Positions 49,668 to 58,744 of a stretch of DNA of 64,000 nt are shown in pieces (the first letter of the stretch is position 1; the number at the start of each line of letters is the position of its first letter). The notes under the pieces are model-generated. The model searched no databases, was not told the origin of the DNA, and worked only from the letters and a program-made list of their open reading frames with translations. The translations under genes were made by a program, and so were the position numbers. The DNA is from Candidatus Doudnabacteria bacterium. GTDB taxonomy: Bacteria > Patescibacteriota > Doudnabacteria > UBA920 > 2-01-FULL-46-14. Where the stretch lies: contig JBGQGB010000001.1 of the NCBI GenBank assembly GCA_041497195.1, positions 279,376-343,375 on the forward strand, given 5' to 3'.

Positions 49668-50303
49668 ATGAACAAAATACTCAATCATAATCTAATTTGG
49701 CCTGCTGTATTCATAGCTGCCTCAATCGCCGCCTCCTTCATCCGCTTCACGCCATTCCTAGTTGGCAAACTCAATTTCACGATGTTTGATCTCTACGCGC
49801 CGATCGCGGGCGGATTATTTGGCTCAACACTCGGGGCACTGACAGTATTTTCCACAGCACTTATGAACCTCATAATCCAACACGCTTACAACCCTGCTGC
49901 GTTCTTGCATCTGATTCCCGTCATCTTCGGTGCCTGGTATTTTGGCACGAACAAAAAATTGATAGCCCTAGTTCCCCTGCTGGCAATCCTGGCTTTTTGG
50001 GTCCATCCCATCGGCCGCGCAGCCTGGTATTACCCCCTGTTGTGGATTATTCCTGTGCTATGTGTGTTCTTCAAAGACCGCTCCGTGATAGCCAATGCTT
50101 TGGGAGCAACCCTCACCTCACACGCGGTGGGCGGGGTTTTATGGTTGTTTTTCTTCTCGCCGCCGCCTGCATTCTGGGTGAGTTTGATCCCGGTAGTGAT
50201 AATAGAGAGACTGATATTCACGGCGGTTTCCGTCATAATGTATGCACTAGTCAAAAAAGGCATTCAAATTCTGAAATTATATAAATTATCAACGATCAAG
50301 TAA
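49668..50303 (+). CDS. ECF S-component-like membrane protein
   Basis: Multiple TM helices, about 210 aa, PIAGGLFG motif. Confidence 0.55.
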   Translation: MNKILNHNLIWPAVFIAASIAASFIRFTPFLVGKLNFTMFDLYAPIAGGLFGSTLGALTVFSTALMNLIIQHAYNPAAFLHLIPVIFGAWYFGTNKKLIALVPLLAILAFWVHPIGRAAWYYPLLWIIPVLCVFFKDRSVIANALGATLTSHAVGGVLWLFFFSPPPAFWVSLIPVVIIERLIFTAVSVIMYALVKKGIQILKLYKLSTIK

Positions 50304-50314
50304 GATAAACTCAT

Positions 50315-51076
50315 ATGAAATTCATCAAGGTTAAAACCCGGGTGATGCGGCCGCCGAAAGATGACATCTATCAAGTGATTGATCAGTCTCTCCCAAAGCT
50401 GCGCGAGGGTGATATCTTGGTCATCACTTCCAAAGTCTTGGCCATTCACCAGGGCCGCTGCGTAAAAATCCGAGACGGCTCGGACCAAGAAAAAAACCGC
50501 CTCATCATGACAGAGGCGGAGCGGTTCATTCCGTCGAAAAAAACCGCTTATGGTCACGTCCACCTCACCATCAAAAACCACACATTCATAGCTGATGCCG
50601 GCATAGACAAAAGCAATGGCAACGGGTATTACATCCTGTGGCCGCGGAACTTGCAAAAACTCATCCGGGAAATCAGGCAGTATCTCAAAAAACGATTCAA
50701 ACTCAAAAAATTGGGAGTTATCGTCGTAGACAGCCATCTTATCCCGATGCGGGCAGGCATAGTCGGCATAGCCGTTGGTTTTTACGGGCTACATCCACTC
50801 ATCGACTATCGGGGCCAGCCGGATATTTTCGGCCGTAAACTCGAGGTCACACGCTCGAATATTGTCGATTCTTTGGCAGCAATCAGCGTGCTCCTGATGG
50901 GCGAGGGCAACGAACAAACGCCCATACTCATTATCCGTAGCGCTAATTTCATCCGTTTCACTGACAAAAACACTTATAAACAGCTCATCTTCCCCCTGGC
51001 TGAAGACATCTTTTACCCGATCCTCAAAGCCTATCGGCGCAACAAAAGATTTGACAAAAAAACAAAACTGCAGTAA
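50315..51076 (+). CDS. CofE-like gamma-glutamyl ligase (putative alternative folylpolyglutamate synthase)
   Basis: ITSKV, AGIDKSN, DS...PMR.G..G, DYRGQPDIFGR, MGEGNEQTP. Confidence 0.85.
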   Translation: MKFIKVKTRVMRPPKDDIYQVIDQSLPKLREGDILVITSKVLAIHQGRCVKIRDGSDQEKNRLIMTEAERFIPSKKTAYGHVHLTIKNHTFIADAGIDKSNGNGYYILWPRNLQKLIREIRQYLKKRFKLKKLGVIVVDSHLIPMRAGIVGIAVGFYGLHPLIDYRGQPDIFGRKLEVTRSNIVDSLAAISVLLMGEGNEQTPILIIRSANFIRFTDKNTYKQLIFPLAEDIFYPILKAYRRNKRFDKKTKLQ

Positions 51077-51087
51077 AACTTAGGCTT

Positions 51088-53262
51088 ATGAGTAAACTTG
51101 TTATAGTAGAAAGTCCAACCAAAGCTAAAACCATTAGCAAATTTTTGGGCAAGGAGTACAAAGTAGAATCCTCCTACGGTCATATTCGCGATTTACCCAA
51201 AAGCAAGATGGGGATTGATATCAAAAACGATTTTGCGCCGGAATACGTCATCCCGAAAGAAGCGCAAAAACGCGTGACCGCCCTCAAAAAACTGGCCAAG
51301 GCCGCTCCGGAGGTCATCCTCGCCACTGACGAAGACCGCGAAGGCGAAGCGATTGCCTGGCACTTGCGCCAAGCTTTGGATTTGTCAGAACAGAAATCCC
51401 ATAGGATCGTGTTCCACGAGATCACGAAATCCGCCATTGAAGAAGCGCTCAAAAATCCCCGCCAAATTGACGAAAAGTTGGTGGATGCGCAGCAGGCTAG
51501 GCGCATCCTGGACCGGTTGGTCGGCTACGAACTTTCCCCTTTCCTCTGGAAAAAGGTCAAACGCGGCCTCTCGGCTGGCCGCGTGCAATCTGTAGCTTTG
51601 CGTCTTGTCGTTGAGCGGGAAAGAGAAATCGAAAAATTCAAATCCCAGGAATACTGGAGCATCGAGGCCAAACTCAAAAAAGAGGATGATCCGGAAACGC
51701 AGGCCTTTGTGGCAAAACTCTCTCAAATTGACGGCAAGGGTGTGAAAAAATTTGATATTGGCACCGCGACTGAGGCGCAAAAAATCGTAAACGCTTTGGC
51801 AGATGCCGCTTATCGAATCACTGACATCACGGAAAAAGAAGCGCGGCGCTTTCCCGCTGCTCCATTTACGACCTCAACGTTGCAGCAGGAAGCTGGGCGC
51901 AAGCTCGGCTTTTCCGCTAAACAAACCATGATGGTAGCCCAGCAGCTTTATGAAACTGGCTACATTACTTATATGCGCACTGACTCGGTCAATCTCGCCG
52001 AACAAGCTTTGCGGCAAGCGCAAGAAGTCATTGTCAAAAAATTCGGTCGAAACTACGCCCTCGCCTCACCGCGCCGCTACAAAACGAAAAGCAAAGGCGC
52101 CCAGGAAGCGCACGAAGCCATCCGCCCCACTGACCTGGCGCAAGAACCAGAAATTTTGGAAGGCGGCCTTGAACCAAAACAAGCCAGACTCTACGACCTT
52201 ATCTGGAAACGCACACTCGCCAGCCAAATGGCTGAAGCGGTTTTTGATCAAACCGCAGTTGATATCGCTGCCCTGCCTGCCGGCAGGCAGGTGGACGCAA
52301 AATATCTTTTCCGCGCCACTGGCCAAGTCGTCAAATTTGAGGGATTCATAAAAGTCTACACCGAGGGCCGCGATGAAGAAGAAACAGATGAACTGCCAGA
52401 AGGCCAACTGCCCAAACTGGAAAAAAATGAGACTTTGGAAAAATTGACTCTCGACCCCAAACAACATTTTACCGAACCGCCCCCGCGCTACACGGACGCT
52501 ACCTTGGTAAAAACGCTCGAAGAATACGGCATTGGCCGCCCGTCCACCTACGCCCCGACCATCTCGACCATCATCGAACGCGGCTATGTGAACCGGCAGG
52601 AACGAAAATTTTATCCTACTGATATCGGTCTGGTGGTCAATGACATGCTGGTGGAAAATTTCCCGGAAATTGTCGATTACCAGTTCACGGCCCAAATGGA
52701 AAAAGAGCTTGATGATATTGCTGAAGGGCAGCTCAAGTGGCAACCAGTTATCAAAAAATTCTACACCCCTTTCAAATCACATCTCGAAGAAAAACAAGAG
52801 ACAGTTGAGAAACATGTGGAAATGACTGACATCCCCTGCCCCATCTGCGGCAAACCCATGGTCAAAAAATTTGGCCGGTTCGGCGCTTTCCTAGCCTGCT
52901 CTGATTACCCGAATTGCAAAGGCACCAAACCGTTGCCGGCTGACGAAGCGATCCAGAAAAAACTCGAAGCAGAAAATGCTGGCAAAACTTGCCCGGAGTG
53001 TGGGCAGGGCCAGCTGGTGGTCAAACGCGGCAAATTCGGCTATTTCCTCGGCTGCAACCGATATCCCGAATGCAAATACATCGGCAAGATCGAAAAAAAG
53101 ACTGGCGTGACTTGTCCGAAATGCAATCAGGGCGAGATCGTGGAAAAACGGACCCGCAAGGCGCGCACATTCTGGGGTTGCAACCGATATCCCGAATGCG
53201 ATTACGCAACCTGGAAATACCCGGTAGCTGAGAATAAAGAAATAAAAACGGAAGAGAAATAA
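51088..53262 (+). CDS. topA: DNA topoisomerase I
   Basis: VESPTKAKTI, ATDEDREGE, SAGRVQS, ITYMRTD, three zinc ribbons. Confidence 0.98.
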   Translation: MSKLVIVESPTKAKTISKFLGKEYKVESSYGHIRDLPKSKMGIDIKNDFAPEYVIPKEAQKRVTALKKLAKAAPEVILATDEDREGEAIAWHLRQALDLSEQKSHRIVFHEITKSAIEEALKNPRQIDEKLVDAQQARRILDRLVGYELSPFLWKKVKRGLSAGRVQSVALRLVVEREREIEKFKSQEYWSIEAKLKKEDDPETQAFVAKLSQIDGKGVKKFDIGTATEAQKIVNALADAAYRITDITEKEARRFPAAPFTTSTLQQEAGRKLGFSAKQTMMVAQQLYETGYITYMRTDSVNLAEQALRQAQEVIVKKFGRNYALASPRRYKTKSKGAQEAHEAIRPTDLAQEPEILEGGLEPKQARLYDLIWKRTLASQMAEAVFDQTAVDIAALPAGRQVDAKYLFRATGQVVKFEGFIKVYTEGRDEEETDELPEGQLPKLEKNETLEKLTLDPKQHFTEPPPRYTDATLVKTLEEYGIGRPSTYAPTISTIIERGYVNRQERKFYPTDIGLVVNDMLVENFPEIVDYQFTAQMEKELDDIAEGQLKWQPVIKKFYTPFKSHLEEKQETVEKHVEMTDIPCPICGKPMVKKFGRFGAFLACSDYPNCKGTKPLPADEAIQKKLEAENAGKTCPECGQGQLVVKRGKFGYFLGCNRYPECKYIGKIEKKTGVTCPKCNQGEIVEKRTRKARTFWGCNRYPECDYATWKYPVAENKEIKTEEK
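52272..52291. repeat. REP-like palindrome within topA coding sequence
   Basis: Perfect CCTGCCTGCCGGCAGGCAGG, read as LPAGRQ. Confidence 0.75.
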
Positions 53263-53303
53263 AAAATTGGGGTGGCGAGGCCAGAGGCTTCGCCACCCGT
53301 TTG

Positions 53304-54683
53304 TCACTGAATTTGTGTGAGTTGTTCGACCGGATAGGCCGTCGGACAAATTCCAGTAAAACAACTGGTACAAAATTCTTGGGGTTTACTTGCTAGGGCT
53401 TTCAACATTCCTTGGAGACTGAGGTAACCTAAGGTGTTAGCCTGGATATATTTCCGCACCGCCTCCGGCGTCGGCTTACTGTAGGCAATCAGCTCCTCGC
53501 TCGTGGGGGTATCAATCCCCCAAAAGCAAGGACTGATGATCGGCGGAGAGCTGACTCGGAAGTGAACCTCGGTGGCTCCAAACTGCCGAACTAGTCGGAC
53601 GATTTGCCGGCTGGTCGCCCCCCGGACAATCGAATCGTCAACCAAGACTACTCGCTTACCTTTGATTGCGTAACGCAACGGATTGAGTTTCAACCGAATG
53701 GTTTCGTCTCGCTCAGCGTCGTCAGGATTAATGAAGGTCCTGCCGACGTAATGGTTACGCACCAGACCTTGCGGAACGAAGCGAATTCCCAACTGTTGAG
53801 CATACCCGTCTGCTGCCGGAACTCCTCCGTCGGGAACCGGTATGACCACATCTGCGCTCGCGGGTTGCTCCCGGGCGAGCTCGCGACCAAGCTGCTCCCG
53901 AGACTCGTAAACCTGACGACCAAAAACCAAACTATCTGGTCTGGAAAAATATACGTGCTCGAAAATACAACGCGCCAGGTGTGGGGCTTTGGCCAAATAC
54001 TTGGATTGGGGAACGCCTGGACCAATTTCCAAAATTTCTCCTGGTTCCAGTTCCCGAACCCGTTCTGCGCCAATCAGGTCGAGCGCGCAGTCTTCGGAAG
54101 ACAGCACGTACGAGCCTTCATACCGCCCCAGCCACAATGGTCGGAAATGGTAGGGATCACAAACCCCGTAGATTGAATCTCCGTGCATGATGACTAGAGC
54201 AAATGCACCCTCCACCGTGGTCAGCGCATAGTAAAGTGCTTCCGAAAAACTCGAGCAGCCAGAGTGGGCAATTAGCTGGAGTATAACTTCGGAGTCACTC
54301 TCGGTTACAAAGGCAGCTCCTTTTTCTCGCTCCAATTTTTGCCGCAGAAATCCGGCATTAGTCAAGTTTCCGTTGTGGGCAAGTGAGACTTCGCCGTAGA
54401 CTGTATGTGTAGTCAAAGGCTGAGCGTTTTTTTTGCAACTGCTTCCGGCAGTAGAATAGCGCGTGTGGCAGATGCAAAACATGCCATCAAGTCCGTGCAG
54501 CACCTCAGTGGTAAAAACGTCGGCCACAAGACCGGTACCTTTAATTTCACAAAAACCCTTGCCCGCTCCGAAGCCAAAGGTTTGACCAGCGCTTTCCTGG
54601 CCTCTGTGTTGAAGACCAAATAACAACCGTTCGCCGAGTCGCGCAGCACGCGGATGATTGTGCACCCCTGCAATTCCGCACAT
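53304..54683 (-). CDS. purF: Amidophosphoribosyltransferase
   Basis: MCGIAG, QHRGQESAG, HTRYST, HNGN, VDDSIVRG, Fe-S Cys residues; start moved to 54683. Confidence 0.95.
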   Translation of the reverse strand: MCGIAGVHNHPRAARLGERLLFGLQHRGQESAGQTFGFGAGKGFCEIKGTGLVADVFTTEVLHGLDGMFCICHTRYSTAGSSCKKNAQPLTTHTVYGEVSLAHNGNLTNAGFLRQKLEREKGAAFVTESDSEVILQLIAHSGCSSFSEALYYALTTVEGAFALVIMHGDSIYGVCDPYHFRPLWLGRYEGSYVLSSEDCALDLIGAERVRELEPGEILEIGPGVPQSKYLAKAPHLARCIFEHVYFSRPDSLVFGRQVYESREQLGRELAREQPASADVVIPVPDGGVPAADGYAQQLGIRFVPQGLVRNHYVGRTFINPDDAERDETIRLKLNPLRYAIKGKRVVLVDDSIVRGATSRQIVRLVRQFGATEVHFRVSSPPIISPCFWGIDTPTSEELIAYSKPTPEAVRKYIQANTLGYLSLQGMLKALASKPQEFCTSCFTGICPTAYPVEQLTQIQ

Positions 54684-54733
54684 TTTTATATTATCCCCCT
54701 TTGAGTTGTCAAGCATTTCATTATAACAGATAT

Positions 54734-54768
54734 AAAAAGAAGGGCGAGAACTACAGTAGTTCCCGCCC
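54734..54768 (-). terminator. Terminator after small-ORF pair
   Basis: GGGCGGGAACTAC/GTAGTTCTCGCCC then TTCTTTTT. Confidence 0.7.
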
Positions 54769-54830
54769 AGACACAACACACCAGATATCCGTTAATACCA
54801 AGGGATGACTGCCGCCTCTCCGGGAGAAGG

Positions 54831-55022
54831 TCAATTGGGTAAAGGGTAAATATCCTGGCTTTTCCACCTTTCGCCGCAGCAGCAAACATATATTCCGCTG
54901 CCGCAGTCTCGGACGGGATGTGTGTCAATCCCGACCTTATGGACAAGCAGATGGCCCCGGCCGCAAGGATTGTTCAGGACAAAAACCTCTGGATGTCTAG
55001 TTGGCCGCAACTCTGGATTCAC
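54831..55022 (-). CDS. 63-aa Cys/His-rich orphan peptide
   Basis: GAGGAGGTGA SD before GTG; C..GH, C, CCC. Confidence 0.55.
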   Translation of the reverse strand: MNPELRPTRHPEVFVLNNPCGRGHLLVHKVGIDTHPVRDCGSGIYVCCCGERWKSQDIYPLPN

Positions 55023-55026
55023 GGTT

Positions 55027-55266
55027 TCACCTCCTCTCAGGCGAGTCGGGCATCCCGGCCGTGGGTACAAAATAGATACTTCTCTCACGGCGCACGGGAG
55101 GCGCGGCGCCCAGTCTGGGTTTGTCGGCAGGGTTGACCGGGTCGGAAACACGGGACTTCTGTGGTAGTTCAAACTCTACAGGCTCGAATTCTACTCCGGG
55201 CCAAAGTGGACTGACCTCACGCACTCGTGAATTCGGTCCTTTCGGCTGGTAAAATCCTCCGCACAT
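55027..55266 (-). CDS. 79-aa Pro/Arg-rich orphan peptide
   Basis: TAAGGAGG SD before ATG. Confidence 0.55.
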   Translation of the reverse strand: MCGGFYQPKGPNSRVREVSPLWPGVEFEPVEFELPQKSRVSDPVNPADKPRLGAAPPVRRERSIYFVPTAGMPDSPERR

Positions 55267-55353
55267 ATAGAATCCTCCTTAAGGATTTTTTAGGTTCAAT
55301 CCGGAATCAACTCTTGCTGTCAATTCCAGAACAAAACCCAAAAACGCTTACAT

Positions 55354-55534
55354 AAAAAAACCTGACCCTTGCGGGCCAGGTTTTCGTTTTTGATTTTTGC
55401 TAATAGGCTATCCCCTTAGGCAAAACAAAATTCACCTGAACCCGTGTCAGAGTCTCGGAAATAGAACCAAAAAGAATTGTTCAGATGTATGTTCATGATA
55501 AAAGGATTATATAAGCACTTTATAAATATGTCAA
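55354..55534 (-). promoter_or_regulatory. Promoter, aromatic-rich uORF (55416-55496) and attenuator
   Basis: TTGACA-17-TATAAT; MNIHLNNSFWFYFRDSDTGSGEFCFA; ACCTGGCCC-GCAA-GGGTCAGGT-T run. Confidence 0.7.
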
Positions 55535-55626
55535 GAAAACCCGGGCTTTTATTATCGGCTCAAGTCTGATATCCTTTTAAATCAGGGTTTTTCCAGCGAA
55601 GCACGCCTCAAACTGCGACCCAAGCC

Positions 55627-56014
55627 ATGAGAGAGGAGATAACGGCTATCTCTCAAAAACTCCAACGCCTTCTTAACGCATATCTTGACCAAGATATTGA
55701 GCAAGAAAACTACCGCTCCGAGAAGGCAGAGCTTCTCTCCCGTAAGAAGTCGTTGGAGGAGAAAATCGCCAATCTCAAGAGAGGCTCTATCGCTTGGCTC
55801 GAACCAATGCGAGAGTGGATAAAAGATGCCTCATTGCTTACCGAAACGGCAACCAATGACGACCTAAGTCATAAAAAGGTATCCCTCCAAAAAATCTTCG
55901 GCTCGAACCTCTTTCTTAAAAACCGTCTTATTGAATTTATCCCCACGCCACCTTACGCCGCGCTCCGCGCGGCACGCAAAAATTTCTCTGAAAATGAGTT
56001 AAGTTCTTTGTTTG
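55627..56014 (+). pseudogene. C-terminal remnant resembling a large serine recombinase
   Basis: Coiled-coil KLQRLLNAYLDQDI...KKSLEEKI...WLEPM..WI...KIFGSNL; no catalytic N-terminus; converges on tRNA 3' end. Confidence 0.6.
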
Positions 56015-56087
56015 TGGGTCGGGTGGGAATCGAACCCACGACCGTTGGCTTAAAAGGCCACTGCTCTACCGACTGAGCTACCGACCC
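56015..56087 (-). tRNA. tRNA-Lys(TTT), CCA not encoded
   Basis: GGGTCGG acceptor, TGGC-CTTTTAA-GCCA, GTTCGATTC. Confidence 0.95.
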
Positions 56088-56243
56088 ACGCGTGATTTAC
56101 GAGCTGCGATTTGTAAAAACCGCTTTAGCAGTTTTCTTCAATCTCTACTCGAATCCCGCTTTCCCCAAAAAATCTTTTACTTTTCGGGGACCCAATAAAC
56201 ACCTGCTTATTATAAAGGGCTTGCTTAAAAACTTCAATCCTTG

Positions 56244-56780
56244 CTATCCCACTTCCTGATTCGCCTTGCGCCCCAGTATCAAAAGCAACGCCACTGGCGC
56301 CAACGCCCAATAAAATAGAGCATTAGCGCCGGCAAAGAGTTGGTTGGTAACGACAGCAAAATGTCTAGTGACTTGGTGCGGTAGGAAGGAAACAATCACT
56401 GCTGTCAAAAAACCGCTTTGCGACAGGGCCAAAAAAATCGAAGGGATAATCCCAAAAGTCTCTGACCCCACTGGGGATTGAAAAATTACTCGCGATAGCA
56501 CCCAAAAAATCAGCACAAACAGAATGCTGAAAACCAGCAGCTTGAACGTATAGATTTCCTGAAACCCAAATCGTTGGGCCAAAGCCAGGGAAAGAAACGG
56601 GGCATATTGTACCAAAACCCAAGCCATGTAGGTCCCTACCAGCATGGGAATGAGCTTGCCCCGAGTCACGAACAGCAGGGTATAGACAATGGTAGCAATC
56701 AACAGAAACAACAAAATCAGCAGGTCTCCTGAGCCTAGTCCCAAATACAGGAAATTTCCCACGCCATCCAAAATTTTCAT
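56244..56780 (-). CDS. Membrane protein, possibly CvpA-like
   Basis: Several TM helices, co-oriented after dnaJ. Confidence 0.6.
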   Translation of the reverse strand: MKILDGVGNFLYLGLGSGDLLILLFLLIATIVYTLLFVTRGKLIPMLVGTYMAWVLVQYAPFLSLALAQRFGFQEIYTFKLLVFSILFVLIFWVLSRVIFQSPVGSETFGIIPSIFLALSQSGFLTAVIVSFLPHQVTRHFAVVTNQLFAGANALFYWALAPVALLLILGRKANQEVG

Positions 56781-56802
56781 GAAATTTCAGCTACTGCGGC
56801 GA

Positions 56803-57966
56803 TTATAAATTGTCTTTGACTCGTTTCCAAAAGCTTTGCTCGATTTGCACACTCTCCCCCCCCTCTTCCGCAAGTTTCTGCAAAAGCTCTTTTTCTTTGC
56901 GGGTCAGCTTGGTGGGTGTGACCACGCGCACGGTCACCAGATGATCGCCGCGTTTGTTGCTCTCAAGATACGGCACACCTTTGTCCTTTAAGCGTAAGAT
57001 TTTGCCGGTCTGGGTTCCAGGGGGAATTTTCAAATCAACCTGACCGTCGACAGTATTCACTTCGACTTTGCCGCCCAACGCGGCCTGATAAAAACTGACG
57101 GGGATGTCCGAGCGAATATCAAAACCTTCTCTGCTAAACTCGGGATGCGACCGGACTTTTATCAAAAGATACAGATCGCCGGGCTTACTGCCTCGATACC
57201 CGGCTTCGCCTTCGCCCGTGAGCTTGATGCGCTGATCGTCGTCGATGCCGGGAGGGATGACGACATCCACTTGCTTGTTCATTCTTTTGACGCCCCGCCC
57301 GTGACAATTGCTGCATGTTCGTTCCGGCATCTTGCCAGTTCCTTCGCACTGATCGCAGACCCGGGCTTGCTGAAAACTGCCCAAAACCGTACGCCTATGT
57401 TCTATGATTTGCCCGCTGCCGTGGCACTTCGGGCAAGTAATAATCTTGCTGCCGACTTCTGCCCCGCTGCCGTTGCAGACCGGACAAGTGTCCAGCTTTT
57501 CCAGAGTTAACTGTTTTTCCGCGCCAAACACGCTGTCCAAAAAATCAATAGTGAGCGTCATTTCCAAATCTATGCCTTGGCGGCGGCGGGGTTGCCGGGG
57601 GGTGCCGAAAATATCCGAAAAAATGTCCCCGAAATCAAATTCTATGTTCGAAAAAGGCCCACGCGAATAATTCTGGCCGGGACCGCGCATAAAATCAGAA
57701 AAATCGTTGAACCCGCTGAAACCGCCGAACCCGGGCTGGCCTTGGGCGCGGGCCTGTTCAAAAGTCTGACCGTACTGATCATACTGGCCGCGCTTGGTAT
57801 CGTCGGAGAGAACTTCGTAAGCTTCATTGATTTCTTTGAATTTCTCCGCCTCGCCGCCGCCTTTGTCCGGATGATGCTGCTGCGCCAAACGGCGATACGC
57901 CCTTCTGATTTCGTCTTTGGACGCGCTCTTGCCGACTCCTAAAACATCGTAATAATTTTGGGCCAT
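56803..57966 (-). CDS. dnaJ: Chaperone DnaJ
   Basis: HPD, G/F region, four CxxCxGxG repeats. Confidence 0.97.
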   Translation of the reverse strand: MAQNYYDVLGVGKSASKDEIRRAYRRLAQQHHPDKGGGEAEKFKEINEAYEVLSDDTKRGQYDQYGQTFEQARAQGQPGFGGFSGFNDFSDFMRGPGQNYSRGPFSNIEFDFGDIFSDIFGTPRQPRRRQGIDLEMTLTIDFLDSVFGAEKQLTLEKLDTCPVCNGSGAEVGSKIITCPKCHGSGQIIEHRRTVLGSFQQARVCDQCEGTGKMPERTCSNCHGRGVKRMNKQVDVVIPPGIDDDQRIKLTGEGEAGYRGSKPGDLYLLIKVRSHPEFSREGFDIRSDIPVSFYQAALGGKVEVNTVDGQVDLKIPPGTQTGKILRLKDKGVPYLESNKRGDHLVTVRVVTPTKLTRKEKELLQKLAEEGGESVQIEQSFWKRVKDNL

Positions 57967-57994
57967 ACTATTTATCCTGACTTCTCAGGAGCGG

Positions 57995-58744
57995 TCAACT
58001 TTGCACCTGTTGTTTAATCAAATTTTTCTCCAAATCGCAAAAATCCGTGATCACATCCGGAGGGCGCTGGTGCTTGACGTCACCCAGCTCGACGAACTCG
58101 TTCATAAGGCAGCCGGTTTGGATATTATGCTGCAATCCTAATTGATGGCCAAATTCGTGTAGAGAAGTGGACTCTTCATAACTAGACAAAAGATTTGAAT
58201 TTTCGTCAGTCAAATCCCGCAAGGCGTCGCCGAACAAAACAATTCCATACTCCTGATAAGTCAGCCCCAACAAACTGGGATGATCTTTGTCACGGCTCAA
58301 ATACATCAGATAAACTACGGCAGTATCCCCTGAGGTAAAAAAAGTTTGGTACTGCCTCGGGATGGCTTGAATCTGCTCATCAGTCAGAGTCCGCTCATAA
58401 GAAATATCGCGATCAGAGATAATATACGACGTCGGTTTTCCGGTGACTTCCTGGATATGTTTGGCGAGATTATCCAATGCGTCCAGACGAGTGTCCAGAG
58501 CGGTCATTAGGTCAACCTCAATCAAAATTTTCTTGTAATGCCGGCCGAGATAATCTGTCTGGCCGTCACCGTCATAATGGAGACTCAAAATCTGCCGCAG
58601 CGGCTGATATTTATCAAACCAGGCCCGCAAATGCTGGTTGAAATAATCAGTTTGCGGGCCGCGGGCTTCATTTTTGAGCCAAACAAATCCGAACGACAGA
58701 ACGATCACCGACAACAAAAAGACAATTACTAGCGTCCTTTTCAT
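57995..58744 (-). CDS. Membrane-anchored metzincin-type zinc metalloprotease
   Basis: N-terminal TM; [11 protein letters not shown]; CLM Met-turn. Confidence 0.8.
   Translation of the reverse strand: MKRTLVIVFLLSVIVLSFGFVWLKNEARGPQTDYFNQHLRAWFDKYQPLRQILSLHYDGDGQTDYLGRHYKKILIEVDLMTALDTRLDALDNLAKHIQEVTGKPTSYIISDRDISYERTLTDEQIQAIPRQYQTFFTSGDTAVVYLMYLSRDKDHPSLLGLTYQEYGIVLFGDALRDLTDENSNLLSSYEESTSLHEFGHQLGLQHNIQTGCLMNEFVELGDVKHQRPPDVITDFCDLEKNLIKQQVQS

Noticed and set aside
53050-53200. Repeated TGCAACCGATATCCCGAATGC in topA
   Set aside because: Paralogous zinc-ribbon motifs (CNRYPEC) expected in TopA.
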